In this document: in pieces, positions 48,631 through 57,736 of the stretch
Layout: each line of letters opens with the position of its first letter
Numbering within the stretch: the stretch's first letter is position 1
NCBI GenBank assembly: GCA_947494155.1
Contig: CANLTW010000003.1
Coordinates: 61,016-125,015, forward strand
Reading direction: 5' to 3'
Origin: Chlamydiota bacterium
Lineage (GTDB): Bacteria > Chlamydiota > Chlamydiia > Chlamydiales > RGXB01
DNA length: 64,000 nucleotides
The notes under the pieces: model-generated
Seen by the model: the letters and a program-made list of their open reading frames with translations, nothing else
What the model was told of the DNA's origin: nothing
Database searches by the model: none
Translations under genes and position numbers: made by a program

Positions 48631-51138
48631 ATGAAATTCTACATCATAGATGCCTCTTCCTTCCTATTTAGATCCTATTTTGCTATCCGAAATATGCATG
48701 CACCGGACGGCTTTGCCACAAACGCCCTTTTTGGTTTTGTCCGAGCCCTATTAAAGGTATTTGACGATTTTTCACCAGAGCACATGGCCGTAGTTTATGA
48801 TGCCCCCTCCAACAAAGCATCCAGGCAGGCGATTTACCCCGACTACAAAGGGAAGCGGCATAAAGCACCCGATGATCTTCCCATGCAGATTGAAGCCTCA
48901 AAAGAGTTTTGTGATGCGCTGGGGATAAAGCGAGTTGCCGTAGAGAATGTTGAAGCTGACGATACGATTGGCACACTTGCCAAAAAGTATGAGAAATTAG
49001 GTTACGAGGTGTTCATCTTCAGCTCCGATAAAGATCTTTGTCAGCTTATCAGTACCCATGTTCACTGTATTCACGCACACAAAGAGAACCTTCTCATCAC
49101 AAAAGAAGAGGTTTTCCAAACCTATCAGGTAACCCCAGAAGAATTTACCACCTACCTCGGCCTTATAGGGGACTCCTCGGATAACATCCCGGGCGTTGCA
49201 GGTATCGGCCCCAAAAAGGGGGCTGCCCTGATTCGGCAATTCCAAGCTATTGAAAATATGCCTCTCACCGCCGAGAATCTCGAAATAGCCCTTTTGTCCA
49301 AACAGCTGGCTACTATCGATACTCATGTACCATTGCCAAAAAATCTGGATAGCTGCGTTGTACAACCTCAAGATCTTGCACACCTTATCAAGCTGTATAC
49401 ACGGTATAATTTCAAAAGCCTTTTAGAGAACTTGAAGAAAAAAGAGGAACCATCTGCATCGCCTCTTGAAACAACTAAAACCAAATCCCGAATAATCAAA
49501 GCATCCCTGAATAGTAATGACTGGCCAGATTCAAAAGAACGCCCATTAGCTATTTTCATGGCTAAGCATGAAGATGATGAGGGGGTCTATGTTCAGTTTG
49601 AGGGAGAAGAGATCTATTTTATCTCGAAAGAGGAGTGTAAATCCCAGCGATTTCAAGAACTTTTAGTGCACTGCAAGCTCCTGCTTACCTATGATTTTAA
49701 ATCTCTTTTACACCACTTCAGCGATTTTGATCCTTTGTTGGAAAAACCTTTTTTCGATGTGATGCTGGCCGCCTATCTTTTACAACCCGATTCCTCCTTA
49801 AAATTTTCTGCAATTTTACAACAGCATGCCAATGAGATGATCCAAGACGATGAGGCTGGCTGGTTTGTCCAGACCCTTTTTTCTTTATCAAAGCTTCTCG
49901 AGTTGAAAATTCGTGAAGCGCAGCTGACGAATGTGCTGCATGAAATCGAGGAGCCTTTACTAAAAATTCTCTTCAAAATGGAAAAAAAGGGAATTTTCAT
50001 CGATGTTAAAGAGCTTCAAGAGCTTTCGGACACACTCTCTTTTCAGTGTAATAGTTTGAAAATAGAGGTCGAAAAAATTTTGGGCCATCCGATTAATCTC
50101 AATTCCCCCAAACAATTAGCCCAAGCGCTTTTTGAGGAGCTCAAGCTCCCCACAAAAGCAAAAGGGAAAACCGGTTACTCGACTGGAATTGAGGTCCTCG
50201 AGGAGCTCCGAACTCAGCACCCGATAATTGAGATGCTGATTGCCTATCGAGGGTTGGAAAAAATTCGCTCCACCTATACAACGAATTTGATAGAGATGGC
50301 AGATCCAAAAACGCACAGACTGCACACCACTTTTAGCCAGACAACCACCCAAACGGGTAGACTCGCCTCTACAAATCCTAATTTGCAGAATATTCCGGTA
50401 CGCACTGAAGTAGGGAATCTCATTCGGCATGCATTTAAGGCTATGCCCCCAAAAAAATGCTTTTTATCCTGCGACTACTCTCAAGTAGAGCTGAGACTTT
50501 TAGCCCACATGTCTGAAGACCCGCAGCTCATTAAAGCCTTCAAAGAGCGTTTAGATATTCACCGCTACACCGCCTCTTTAGTTTTTGGGCTACCGATGGA
50601 GCAGGTCTCAGACGAGATGCGCTTCAGAGCCAAGGCTGTAAACTTCGGAATCATCTATGGATTGGGGCCTCACGGGCTGAGTAAGCAGTTAAAAATTTCC
50701 ATGCGGGAAGCCTCACAATTCATCAAAACCTATTTCGATCGCTACCCAAAAGTCCAGGAATTTCTTGAGTCTTTGAAAGAGGAGGCAAGAAAAGAGGGGC
50801 ATTCCACAACACTTTTCGGACGAAAAAGACCAATTCCTGAAATTTTAAACCGCAATGCACCCATTCGTGCCCAGGCGGAAAGATTTGCTGTGAATTCCAA
50901 AATTCAGGGTACGCAAGCCGATTTGATCAAGATGGCGATGATCTCTATTGATAAAATTCTCGATCCCAAAAAAATAGCAATGCTTTTGCAAATTCATGAT
51001 GAACTCATTTTCGAATGTGATCAATCAGAGGTGGAGGAGTACGAAAAAAAGATTGTAGATTTGATGCAACATATTCATCCACTGAAGGTTCCGCTTGAGG
51101 TGAACGCATCAGTTGCTAAAAACTGGGGGGAGTGTTAA
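48631..51138 (+). CDS. polA: DNA polymerase I
   Basis: 5'-3' exonuclease (EADD, GDSSDNIPG) and polymerase motifs (DYSQVELR, AKAVNFGIIYG, QIHDE). Confidence 0.97.
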   Translation: MKFYIIDASSFLFRSYFAIRNMHAPDGFATNALFGFVRALLKVFDDFSPEHMAVVYDAPSNKASRQAIYPDYKGKRHKAPDDLPMQIEASKEFCDALGIKRVAVENVEADDTIGTLAKKYEKLGYEVFIFSSDKDLCQLISTHVHCIHAHKENLLITKEEVFQTYQVTPEEFTTYLGLIGDSSDNIPGVAGIGPKKGAALIRQFQAIENMPLTAENLEIALLSKQLATIDTHVPLPKNLDSCVVQPQDLAHLIKLYTRYNFKSLLENLKKKEEPSASPLETTKTKSRIIKASLNSNDWPDSKERPLAIFMAKHEDDEGVYVQFEGEEIYFISKEECKSQRFQELLVHCKLLLTYDFKSLLHHFSDFDPLLEKPFFDVMLAAYLLQPDSSLKFSAILQQHANEMIQDDEAGWFVQTLFSLSKLLELKIREAQLTNVLHEIEEPLLKILFKMEKKGIFIDVKELQELSDTLSFQCNSLKIEVEKILGHPINLNSPKQLAQALFEELKLPTKAKGKTGYSTGIEVLEELRTQHPIIEMLIAYRGLEKIRSTYTTNLIEMADPKTHRLHTTFSQTTTQTGRLASTNPNLQNIPVRTEVGNLIRHAFKAMPPKKCFLSCDYSQVELRLLAHMSEDPQLIKAFKERLDIHRYTASLVFGLPMEQVSDEMRFRAKAVNFGIIYGLGPHGLSKQLKISMREASQFIKTYFDRYPKVQEFLESLKEEARKEGHSTTLFGRKRPIPEILNRNAPIRAQAERFAVNSKIQGTQADLIKMAMISIDKILDPKKIAMLLQIHDELIFECDQSEVEEYEKKIVDLMQHIHPLKVPLEVNASVAKNWGEC

Positions 51139-51724
51139 AATTAAACGTATACTCGTATATGGCCCTATGGGCTCGGGTAAAAGCTCTGTTATAAAGTTCT
51201 TTAAAGAATGGGGAGCTTTTACCGTTGATTGCGATCATATCACTCACCAAATTCTTGAACACGATCCAGAGGTAACACTAATTTTGACAGAATATTTCGG
51301 CTCTTCTATTTTAGAGAAAGGGAAGATTTCGAGAAAAAAGCTTGCTGCATTAGCTTTTTTATCCAAAAAAAATCTTCTAGCTTTAGAAGAGCTCTTACAC
51401 CCCAAAATCTTGCATGAGATCAAACGGCTCTATGAGAGGGAAAAAAATTTAGAGGCAAAAGCTTTTGTTGTAGAGGCCTCTACTTACCCGAAAGCTTTAG
51501 GAGGTTGGGGAGAATTTTTCTCCACAAAGATTTTGGTGACTGCCAATCAGGATGTACGTCTCAAAAGAGCGAAAGATAAAGGCTACACCGAGGAAGATTT
51601 TTTAATGCGCACCGAGTATCAGCCCTCTATGGATGTCCTTAAAGCCCACGCGGATATCATTTTGGAAAATAACGATTCAATCAATCAACTTAAACAGCAA
51701 TTTCTAAACAAAGTAACAACATGA
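51113..51724 (+). CDS. coaE: Dephospho-CoA kinase
   Basis: [10 protein letters not shown]...H, R..LA..AF, LE.LLHP motifs; TTG start with GAGGTG RBS inside polA. Confidence 0.9.
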   Translation: MLKTGGSVKIKRILVYGPMGSGKSSVIKFFKEWGAFTVDCDHITHQILEHDPEVTLILTEYFGSSILEKGKISRKKLAALAFLSKKNLLALEELLHPKILHEIKRLYEREKNLEAKAFVVEASTYPKALGGWGEFFSTKILVTANQDVRLKRAKDKGYTEEDFLMRTEYQPSMDVLKAHADIILENNDSINQLKQQFLNKVTT

Positions 51725-53112
51725 ACGATGAACATACCGGACTAAAGGAAAAAAAGGATAAAACAATTCTTCCTCCCCCAGAGATGGTCGAGCCAGACCT
51801 GCAGTCAGAAAATTCTCACACTCTGCCTGAAAAAGCAGCTCCGCTTGAACCTCCGGCTGTCATCAAAATCGCCGATCTGCAAAGGATGGGTAGTGAGGCA
51901 CTTGCCCAATACGCCCGTAATCTGAACTTGAGAAACCTCTCCAATCTGACCAAGTCACAGATCGTTTTTGAAATTGTAAAATGGAAATCGGAGCATACGC
52001 ACGATTTGCTAGTCGCAGAGGGTGTGTTAGAAGTTCTTCCCGACGGGTTTGGCTTTTTGCGCTCCCCTAACTACAACTATGTCTCTTCTGCCGAGGATAT
52101 TTACGTCTCCCCCGCCCAAATTCGTAGATTTGACCTAAAAAAAGGGGATCATATACAGGGCACTATCCGCGCTCCCAAAGAGAAGGAGAAATTTTTCGCC
52201 CTACAAAAAGTTGACCGCGTTAACGAGCGCTCCCCTGATCATTTGAAAGACAGGATCTCTTTTGATCTTCTTACCCCCTTACATCCTCAGGAGCGTTTTT
52301 TACTGGAAACAACCTCAGATCAGATGTCCACAAGGATTGTCGATCTCGTTGCTCCCATAGGTAAAGGGCAGAGAGGGCTGATTGTTGCCCCACCTAAATC
52401 GGGAAAAACGGTCCTTTTGCAAAATATAGCCAATGCAATTACCGCAAACAATCCCGAGGCACTTTTGATGGTTCTTTTGATTGACGAGCGCCCTGAAGAG
52501 GTGACCGACATGCAAAGAAACGTACGTGGCGAGGTGATCTCCTCCACCTTCGATGAGCCTCCGGAGAGACATACTCAAGTAGCCGAAATGGTAATTGAGC
52601 GGGCTAAGCGACTTGTAGAATATGGGCATGACGTAGTGATCCTTTTGGATTCTTTAACCCGTCTTGCTCGTGCTTACAACGCTACACAACCCCACTCGGG
52701 TAAAATTTTGAGCGGTGGTGTCGACGCAAATGCCCTGCATAAGCCAAAAAGATTCTTTGGTGCGGCGAGAAATATTGAGTTCGGGGGATCTTTGACGATC
52801 ATCGCTACAGCCCTTATCGATACCGGTTCAAGGATGGACGAGGTGGTGTTTGAAGAGTTTAAAGGTACAGGCAATATGGAGCTAGTCCTCGATAGACACC
52901 TTGCCGACCGCAGATTATTCCCTGCAATCAATGTCGTTAAGAGCGGAACTCGTAAAGAACAGGATCTTTACCATCCGGATGAATACAACCGTATTTGCAA
53001 ATTCCGCCTAGCAGTAGCGGATCTTACAAATATGGATGCTATGAATTTATTTATGGCTAGATTAAAAAAGACAAATAATAATTTCGAGTTCTTATTGTCA
53101 TTGAAAGATTGA
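51721..53112 (+). CDS. rho: Transcription termination factor Rho
   Basis: [38 protein letters not shown] motifs. Confidence 0.98.
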   Translation: MNDEHTGLKEKKDKTILPPPEMVEPDLQSENSHTLPEKAAPLEPPAVIKIADLQRMGSEALAQYARNLNLRNLSNLTKSQIVFEIVKWKSEHTHDLLVAEGVLEVLPDGFGFLRSPNYNYVSSAEDIYVSPAQIRRFDLKKGDHIQGTIRAPKEKEKFFALQKVDRVNERSPDHLKDRISFDLLTPLHPQERFLLETTSDQMSTRIVDLVAPIGKGQRGLIVAPPKSGKTVLLQNIANAITANNPEALLMVLLIDERPEEVTDMQRNVRGEVISSTFDEPPERHTQVAEMVIERAKRLVEYGHDVVILLDSLTRLARAYNATQPHSGKILSGGVDANALHKPKRFFGAARNIEFGGSLTIIATALIDTGSRMDEVVFEEFKGTGNMELVLDRHLADRRLFPAINVVKSGTRKEQDLYHPDEYNRICKFRLAVADLTNMDAMNLFMARLKKTNNNFEFLLSLKD

Positions 53113-53145
53113 GATAAAAATATCTAATTTGCTAAATAAAAAAGA

Positions 53146-54462
53146 ATGAGAGATCCTGATATTCTTTTGATCACTTCATCGGGGGGAAGTGGTCACCTTA
53201 TCGCCGCTATGGCAATAAAAGAGGCCCTCGAGACGGCCCAAAATCCTAGAGCCGTTATGCAACAGGATGTCTCTAAGGATTGGCTGGGTACTCTATTTGG
53301 CAAGATTTTTATCTCTATTTGGAATACCTCCCAAATTAAGGGTTGGATTTTCATGCAAGAGATCCAATCCTTTATCCACCCCCTCTTCTCCATCTTTTTG
53401 ACCCCCTCCATTTTCTTTCACTGTTTCCGTTTATTGATGAACTATGAATTTGAGCGTGTGATAGATAATCAGGTTTTGGGGACAAAAGCGATATTAAATG
53501 CTGTAAGGCTTTATAATTGGATAAAGAAAAAAAATCTCATCGTAGAGAAAGTTCTTACCGACTTACCTACAGATTACACGGCCCATTTTTTTACAGAGAT
53601 CAAATCGTTGAATCGGTTTGAAAGAACCAGTATTGAGATCTACGCGCAAGCACCGCTTCTTTACGGGGAGATGGCCGAAATTTTTTGGAAGCGTAAAACT
53701 GGGCTTGCTCTAACACAAATTCATATCGTCTCCCCTCCCCTAAGAAAAGCTTTTTTTTCCCCTCCCCTTGATCCAAAACAGACTGTAGAAATCCCTTTGT
53801 GCATCGAAAATGAGGTCGCAAAGCTACGATTGATCAAAGCCTCTCAAATCCACATGAACCCCCCCACTTTTGAGGACTCCAGGGCAAAAGTCCTCATCCA
53901 GCCACAAGATTTAGTTTTCACCATCATGTTAGGATCCCATCCAAGCAAGGGGGCTCTTTACGATTATATTGAGGGATTTTTTAATCTTGTGAAAACCAAA
54001 GAGGGGCCTGTTGTCCACATTTTCATCCTCTCCCAAACAGGAAAATGGATAGAAAAAAGACTTGTAGATGATCTAGTATCCCAAATTATGAGCCATCCCT
54101 TGGCACCAAAAAGGCTCCGTTTTTATCCGATTTCACGCCAAGATGACACTGTTGTCTCCAAATTATTTAATCGCTCAAACGCAACAATCACTCGCGCAAG
54201 CGGGATAACCACCATGGAACTGATCCAGTCCAGCCTCGGGGATGTTTGGATACACCAAGAGATCCCCCGCTCCATTCTAGGATTACGCCATCACGGAATG
54301 GTTCTTTGGGAGTATGGAAACGCCCTCTACTTGAATCAAAAACGGGGCGCTAGATTCGTCTCACCGCAGTTTTTCGAGCAGGCTTTCAAACCCTACTTCT
54401 CTAACGGTAAAGAGGTTGTTGTACCCTTCCAAGAGACTCCCAATTTAAGTATGGGATATTAG
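53146..54462 (+). CDS. GT-B glycosyltransferase-like protein (MGDG synthase/UgtP, GT28-like)
   Basis: ITSSGGSGHLIAA, KVLTD, ITRASGITTME, WEYGNALYL motifs. Confidence 0.65.
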   Translation: MRDPDILLITSSGGSGHLIAAMAIKEALETAQNPRAVMQQDVSKDWLGTLFGKIFISIWNTSQIKGWIFMQEIQSFIHPLFSIFLTPSIFFHCFRLLMNYEFERVIDNQVLGTKAILNAVRLYNWIKKKNLIVEKVLTDLPTDYTAHFFTEIKSLNRFERTSIEIYAQAPLLYGEMAEIFWKRKTGLALTQIHIVSPPLRKAFFSPPLDPKQTVEIPLCIENEVAKLRLIKASQIHMNPPTFEDSRAKVLIQPQDLVFTIMLGSHPSKGALYDYIEGFFNLVKTKEGPVVHIFILSQTGKWIEKRLVDDLVSQIMSHPLAPKRLRFYPISRQDDTVVSKLFNRSNATITRASGITTMELIQSSLGDVWIHQEIPRSILGLRHHGMVLWEYGNALYLNQKRGARFVSPQFFEQAFKPYFSNGKEVVVPFQETPNLSMGY

Positions 54463-54564
54463 ATACCCAGTTAAGTGAAAAAACCTTTTTGTCTTTTTTT
54501 TAGGCAATCTTGGAAACGATCGAAAAAAATCGCCAAATTTAAGTATGGGGTAATGAATACCCCA
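54440..54564. repeat. Two-copy imperfect direct repeat (about 30 bp), each copy containing a hairpin
   Basis: AATTTAAGTATGGG exact at 54442-54455 and 54536-54549, each followed by ...ATACCC(C)A. Confidence 0.55.
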
Positions 54565-54581
54565 TTTTAGGCAAAATTCGT

Positions 54582-55085
54582 CTATTTAGGATTTGTAGGA
54601 AGTTTTGCAATCGCCTCATTTTCGATCTCTTGAGGCGACGAGGCAACTTGCACCTGGCGAATCACCGTTCTTAGAAAAGATTCCCAATCCTTTTTTTGAA
54701 TAAGGGGCATCAGCTCGGTTTGTGCGATTTTGACAACCTCGCAAAAAGAGATCATCTCCTTATCAAACTCCCCTTTTAAAAAGGCCTCCTCAAAACCTTT
54801 GGAGATGCCGGATACAAAAGCTCTCCATTTAACGGTGCTTTTTTGGATGTTTCTAATATGCTCAAGCAATGGTCTAGAAACTACCACCACCTTTAAAAAA
54901 TCAAGCGGATGCAAATGTTCGATCTTTTTGCCGACCCGGACTAAGTACTTTCTTTTAGATGCAAGACTCAAAAGATTCGACTCCGACATCACGGTCACTA
55001 TTTCAGAGACGGCACTAGCCTCTTCAGTTGGAATCGATCCCTGGTAAGGTTGTATCAATAAAAGAGCCATAATCATACTAAACAT
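54582..55085 (-). CDS. Secreted helical protein, paralogue 3 of tandem trio
   Basis: Hydrophobic N-terminus; shared motif IEHLHPLDFL...KW..F..G...DWESF. Confidence 0.8.
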   Translation of the reverse strand: MFSMIMALLLIQPYQGSIPTEEASAVSEIVTVMSESNLLSLASKRKYLVRVGKKIEHLHPLDFLKVVVVSRPLLEHIRNIQKSTVKWRAFVSGISKGFEEAFLKGEFDKEMISFCEVVKIAQTELMPLIQKKDWESFLRTVIRQVQVASSPQEIENEAIAKLPTNPK

Positions 55086-55094
55086 CGTGAAACC

Positions 55095-55574
55095 CTAATT
55101 TGCCCCCTTTTTAAAAAAAAGCGAAAACAGCTCTTGGTAGTTATTCATTTCGATCAAATCCTTTATTAGCTCCTGGTCTAAACCAGCCAGATTGATCGCA
55201 TCTTGAACCTCTTCAAATTCTACCGATCTGAAAGAGTAGTTAAAAATCTCCTGCCACTCTCTCATCAGGTACTGCTGCTTAAAAAAGTTTTTGGATACTT
55301 TTTTAAAATAATTCATCGATTCTGTATCGGTAAGAATAAAACAGACAAGCTCCACAGGGTGGATCAGTTTTGTTTTTTCCACAAGCACATTCAGCTCATT
55401 AAAGCGTAGACCTAAAGTAATAACTCTGTGGCTTGCCATAAACTTCAGAAGACTTTTTATCTCTTTAGATTCTTTTGTGCTTATAGCCTCCAGAGAAGCT
55501 CCACTAAAAAACCCCAGAAAAAATAAAAAAATAGCCGCTTTACATAAGCTGTTTAACAAATTCTTCCCAATCAT
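55095..55574 (-). CDS. Secreted helical protein, paralogue 2 of tandem trio (most diverged)
   Basis: Signal peptide ending SLEA; IHPVELV motif; start ATG 55574 preferred. Confidence 0.72.
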   Translation of the reverse strand: MIGKNLLNSLCKAAIFLFFLGFFSGASLEAISTKESKEIKSLLKFMASHRVITLGLRFNELNVLVEKTKLIHPVELVCFILTDTESMNYFKKVSKNFFKQQYLMREWQEIFNYSFRSVEFEEVQDAINLAGLDQELIKDLIEMNNYQELFSLFFKKGAN

Positions 55575-55992
55575 GTTGCCTGCACCTTTCATATAAATTG
55601 TCATAGTTAATTCGTAAAAAATCGGCAAAAAGGGGAAGCTCTTGATACAATACACCCGATCTTGCCATCTCATCCATTTTAGGGGATAGACCCTCAATAA
55701 ACGTGGTCCATTTAAAATAGTTTTCCCTAATACGACGCATAGAGGATTTTAAAATGGGGTCTGAAAATACATAACCCAAAAAATAGGTTGGCGGAACATG
55801 ATCTATCATTTTCCCTAATCTTCTTAGTTCTCTTTGTCGTAAAAGCAACCCAACAATATTATAATCTCCCATTGATTTGATGATCTGGTAGGCAGCCCTT
55901 TTTTCCGTTTCGGACATCTTAATTTCAAAGGAGGCATCCAAACCTAAACTCACTAGGAAAAACCAACAAAGTAAAACAGACCTCAAACGCAT
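55540..55992 (-). CDS. Secreted helical protein, paralogue 1 of tandem trio
   Basis: Signal peptide MRLRSVLLCWFFLVSLGLDA; IDHVPPTYFL...KW..F..G...DWEEF. Confidence 0.8.
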   Translation of the reverse strand: MRLRSVLLCWFFLVSLGLDASFEIKMSETEKRAAYQIIKSMGDYNIVGLLLRQRELRRLGKMIDHVPPTYFLGYVFSDPILKSSMRRIRENYFKWTTFIEGLSPKMDEMARSGVLYQELPLFADFLRINYDNLYERCRQHDWEEFVKQLM

Positions 55993-56399
55993 CCAGTACT
56001 CTCTATTTAAATCGATATCTTTGTAAAAAAACCCATCCACTCCTAAGCGACTACTTTGTATCCATTCAGCTTCTTAATCTGAAAACTGTCGTTAAGAACT
56101 TCAAAAATCTATTTTTACCGCCCAATGTAATAAATTAAAATTTTAGGCACAAAGAGGTTTTTTTATTTTTTTTAAAAGTTTTTGTTTTTAGAGGCTAACT
56201 AACAATATGTTTTTTATAAAATGCCTTTTTGTAACCTCCAAAAGGCTTAATTGTTAAGTTATTTTATATACAGCAATGCCCCTTTTCAAAAAGAAGAGAT
56301 CTTTAAACTCTAAAATGACAAAAAAAATGTTGAAAACAAATCCGGAAATCTATTTATAAAAAAGCAAGGGAACAAAGGGTTTATTTTACGATACTCTCC

Positions 56400-56503
56400 G
56401 AAAGTTCTCTTAATGTGTGATGAAACACCAGCTGAGATCATAGTGCCAAGGATTCGAAAAAACGGCTTGTTTCGAACCTGAACAATATGATCTCTTTTTT
56501 TTT
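56400..56503 (+). ncRNA. Candidate small RNA ending in a long hairpin plus U9
   Basis: GAGATCATA(56434-42)/TATGATCTC(56486-94) and TTCGAAA/TTTCGAA stems, then T9. No + strand gene ends nearby. The 5' end is a guess. Confidence 0.5.
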
Positions 56504-56569
56504 AGTGGCCTATTCCATTTTTTAATAAAAAATTTCAACAAGATCTTTCCTTTCTGTTACTCTCTATTT

Positions 56570-57736
56570 ATGAACGCATTCGAAACAGCTTTGAAGATCA
56601 TCGAGAAAATCCATCAGAATGGGGGAATTGCCTATTTAGCCGGAGGGGCTGTGAGGGATTTTTTAATGGGCCTCTCCCCAAATGACATTGATATCGTCAC
56701 CTCGTTAAGTATAGAGGCTCTGCGCCCTTTATTTAAAAAAACGATTGAGGTCGGGGTGCAATTTGGCATCCTTGTTGTTGTAGAAAATAATCACAAATTT
56801 GAAATAGCGACCTTTAGAACCGAGTCTAGTTATAACGATGGTAGGCGCCCAATCATGGTAAGCGAGGGGACTCCAGAGGAGGATGCGAAAAGAAGAGACT
56901 TCACTATAAACGGGATGTTTCTCGATCTTCTAACGAATGAAACTATCGATTTTGTTGGAGGCAAAGGGGATTTAAAAGAGAAGGTGATTCGTGCAATTGG
57001 AAACCCGCATGAGCGCTTTCGTGAGGATAGGCTTAGAATGATTCGAGCCATCCGCTATGCCTCAAGGTTTTCTTTCTCTATAGACCCATCTACCCAGGAG
57101 GCAATTAGGGAGCATGCTTCAACTCTTCTCCCCGCAGTATCGTTTGAGCGGATCCTCCAAGAATTTGAAAAAATGCACAAGGACGGAAATCTCAAAACGG
57201 CACTTCTGGATATGCATAGGCTAGGCCTCCTTTCCACCGTTTTCCCCCCTTTATCCGAGATCTCCACCCTCTATTTGGAAAGTTTGGAGCAAACTGAAAA
57301 GCTTCCGGTAATTTTACAGCTCAAGTCTATTCTCGGTCACCTTACAAGCAAAGAGCGTTTTGATTGGCTTTTTAGGCTTAAATTTTCTCAAAAAGAACTC
57401 GATCTTCTCACCTTTAGCGAAAGCCTCGCCCTCAAATTGGAACAAGCACAGCTTCAAGAGCGCCTCCATCTCTACTCTTCTCCATTTTTCGAGAGCTCCT
57501 CAATTTTATTGCCTGTTGACCAACGCAATTGTGCTATCGATGAATTGGGAATTTACCATGACGAAATCGCCAGGATTCAAGAAAAAAAACCCTTAGTCTC
57601 CTCTAAAGATCTATTCGAGAGGGGGATCAAAGCCGGGCCAGAAATGGGTAGGTATCTAAAAAAAGCGGAAGAGATCGCCATCACGCATAAACTCAAAGAC
57701 AAACAAGAGGTTCTCCATCGCCTTTTTGAAACTTGA
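56570..57736 (+). CDS. cca: tRNA nucleotidyltransferase (CCA-adding, class II)
   Basis: GGAVRD, DID, RRDFTING, EDRLR..R..R motifs; lacks the poly(A) polymerase G-R/K-R/K-F signature. Confidence 0.85.
   Translation: MNAFETALKIIEKIHQNGGIAYLAGGAVRDFLMGLSPNDIDIVTSLSIEALRPLFKKTIEVGVQFGILVVVENNHKFEIATFRTESSYNDGRRPIMVSEGTPEEDAKRRDFTINGMFLDLLTNETIDFVGGKGDLKEKVIRAIGNPHERFREDRLRMIRAIRYASRFSFSIDPSTQEAIREHASTLLPAVSFERILQEFEKMHKDGNLKTALLDMHRLGLLSTVFPPLSEISTLYLESLEQTEKLPVILQLKSILGHLTSKERFDWLFRLKFSQKELDLLTFSESLALKLEQAQLQERLHLYSSPFFESSSILLPVDQRNCAIDELGIYHDEIARIQEKKPLVSSKDLFERGIKAGPEMGRYLKKAEEIAITHKLKDKQEVLHRLFET

Noticed and set aside
51113..51150. Programmed -1 frameshift at the coaE start (GTG TTA AAA TTA AAC is out of frame with the gene body)
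   Set aside because: An in-frame TTG at 51113 with a GAGGTG RBS explains translation, and the heptamer is not a canonical slippery site
54440..54564. CRISPR array
   Set aside because: Only two non-identical copies, a spacer of about 64 nt and no cas genes in the window
56007..56036. 9-codon ORF MGFFTKISI after AGGAG upstream of the paralogue trio, as a leader peptide
   Set aside because: SD spacing is very short, there is no attenuator structure, and such an ORF is expected by chance
56410..56500. TPP riboswitch (GCTGAGA and AACCTGA motifs present)
   Set aside because: The P4/P5 region and 3' GCGnAGGGA element are missing, these bases sit in a different long hairpin, and no thiamine gene follows
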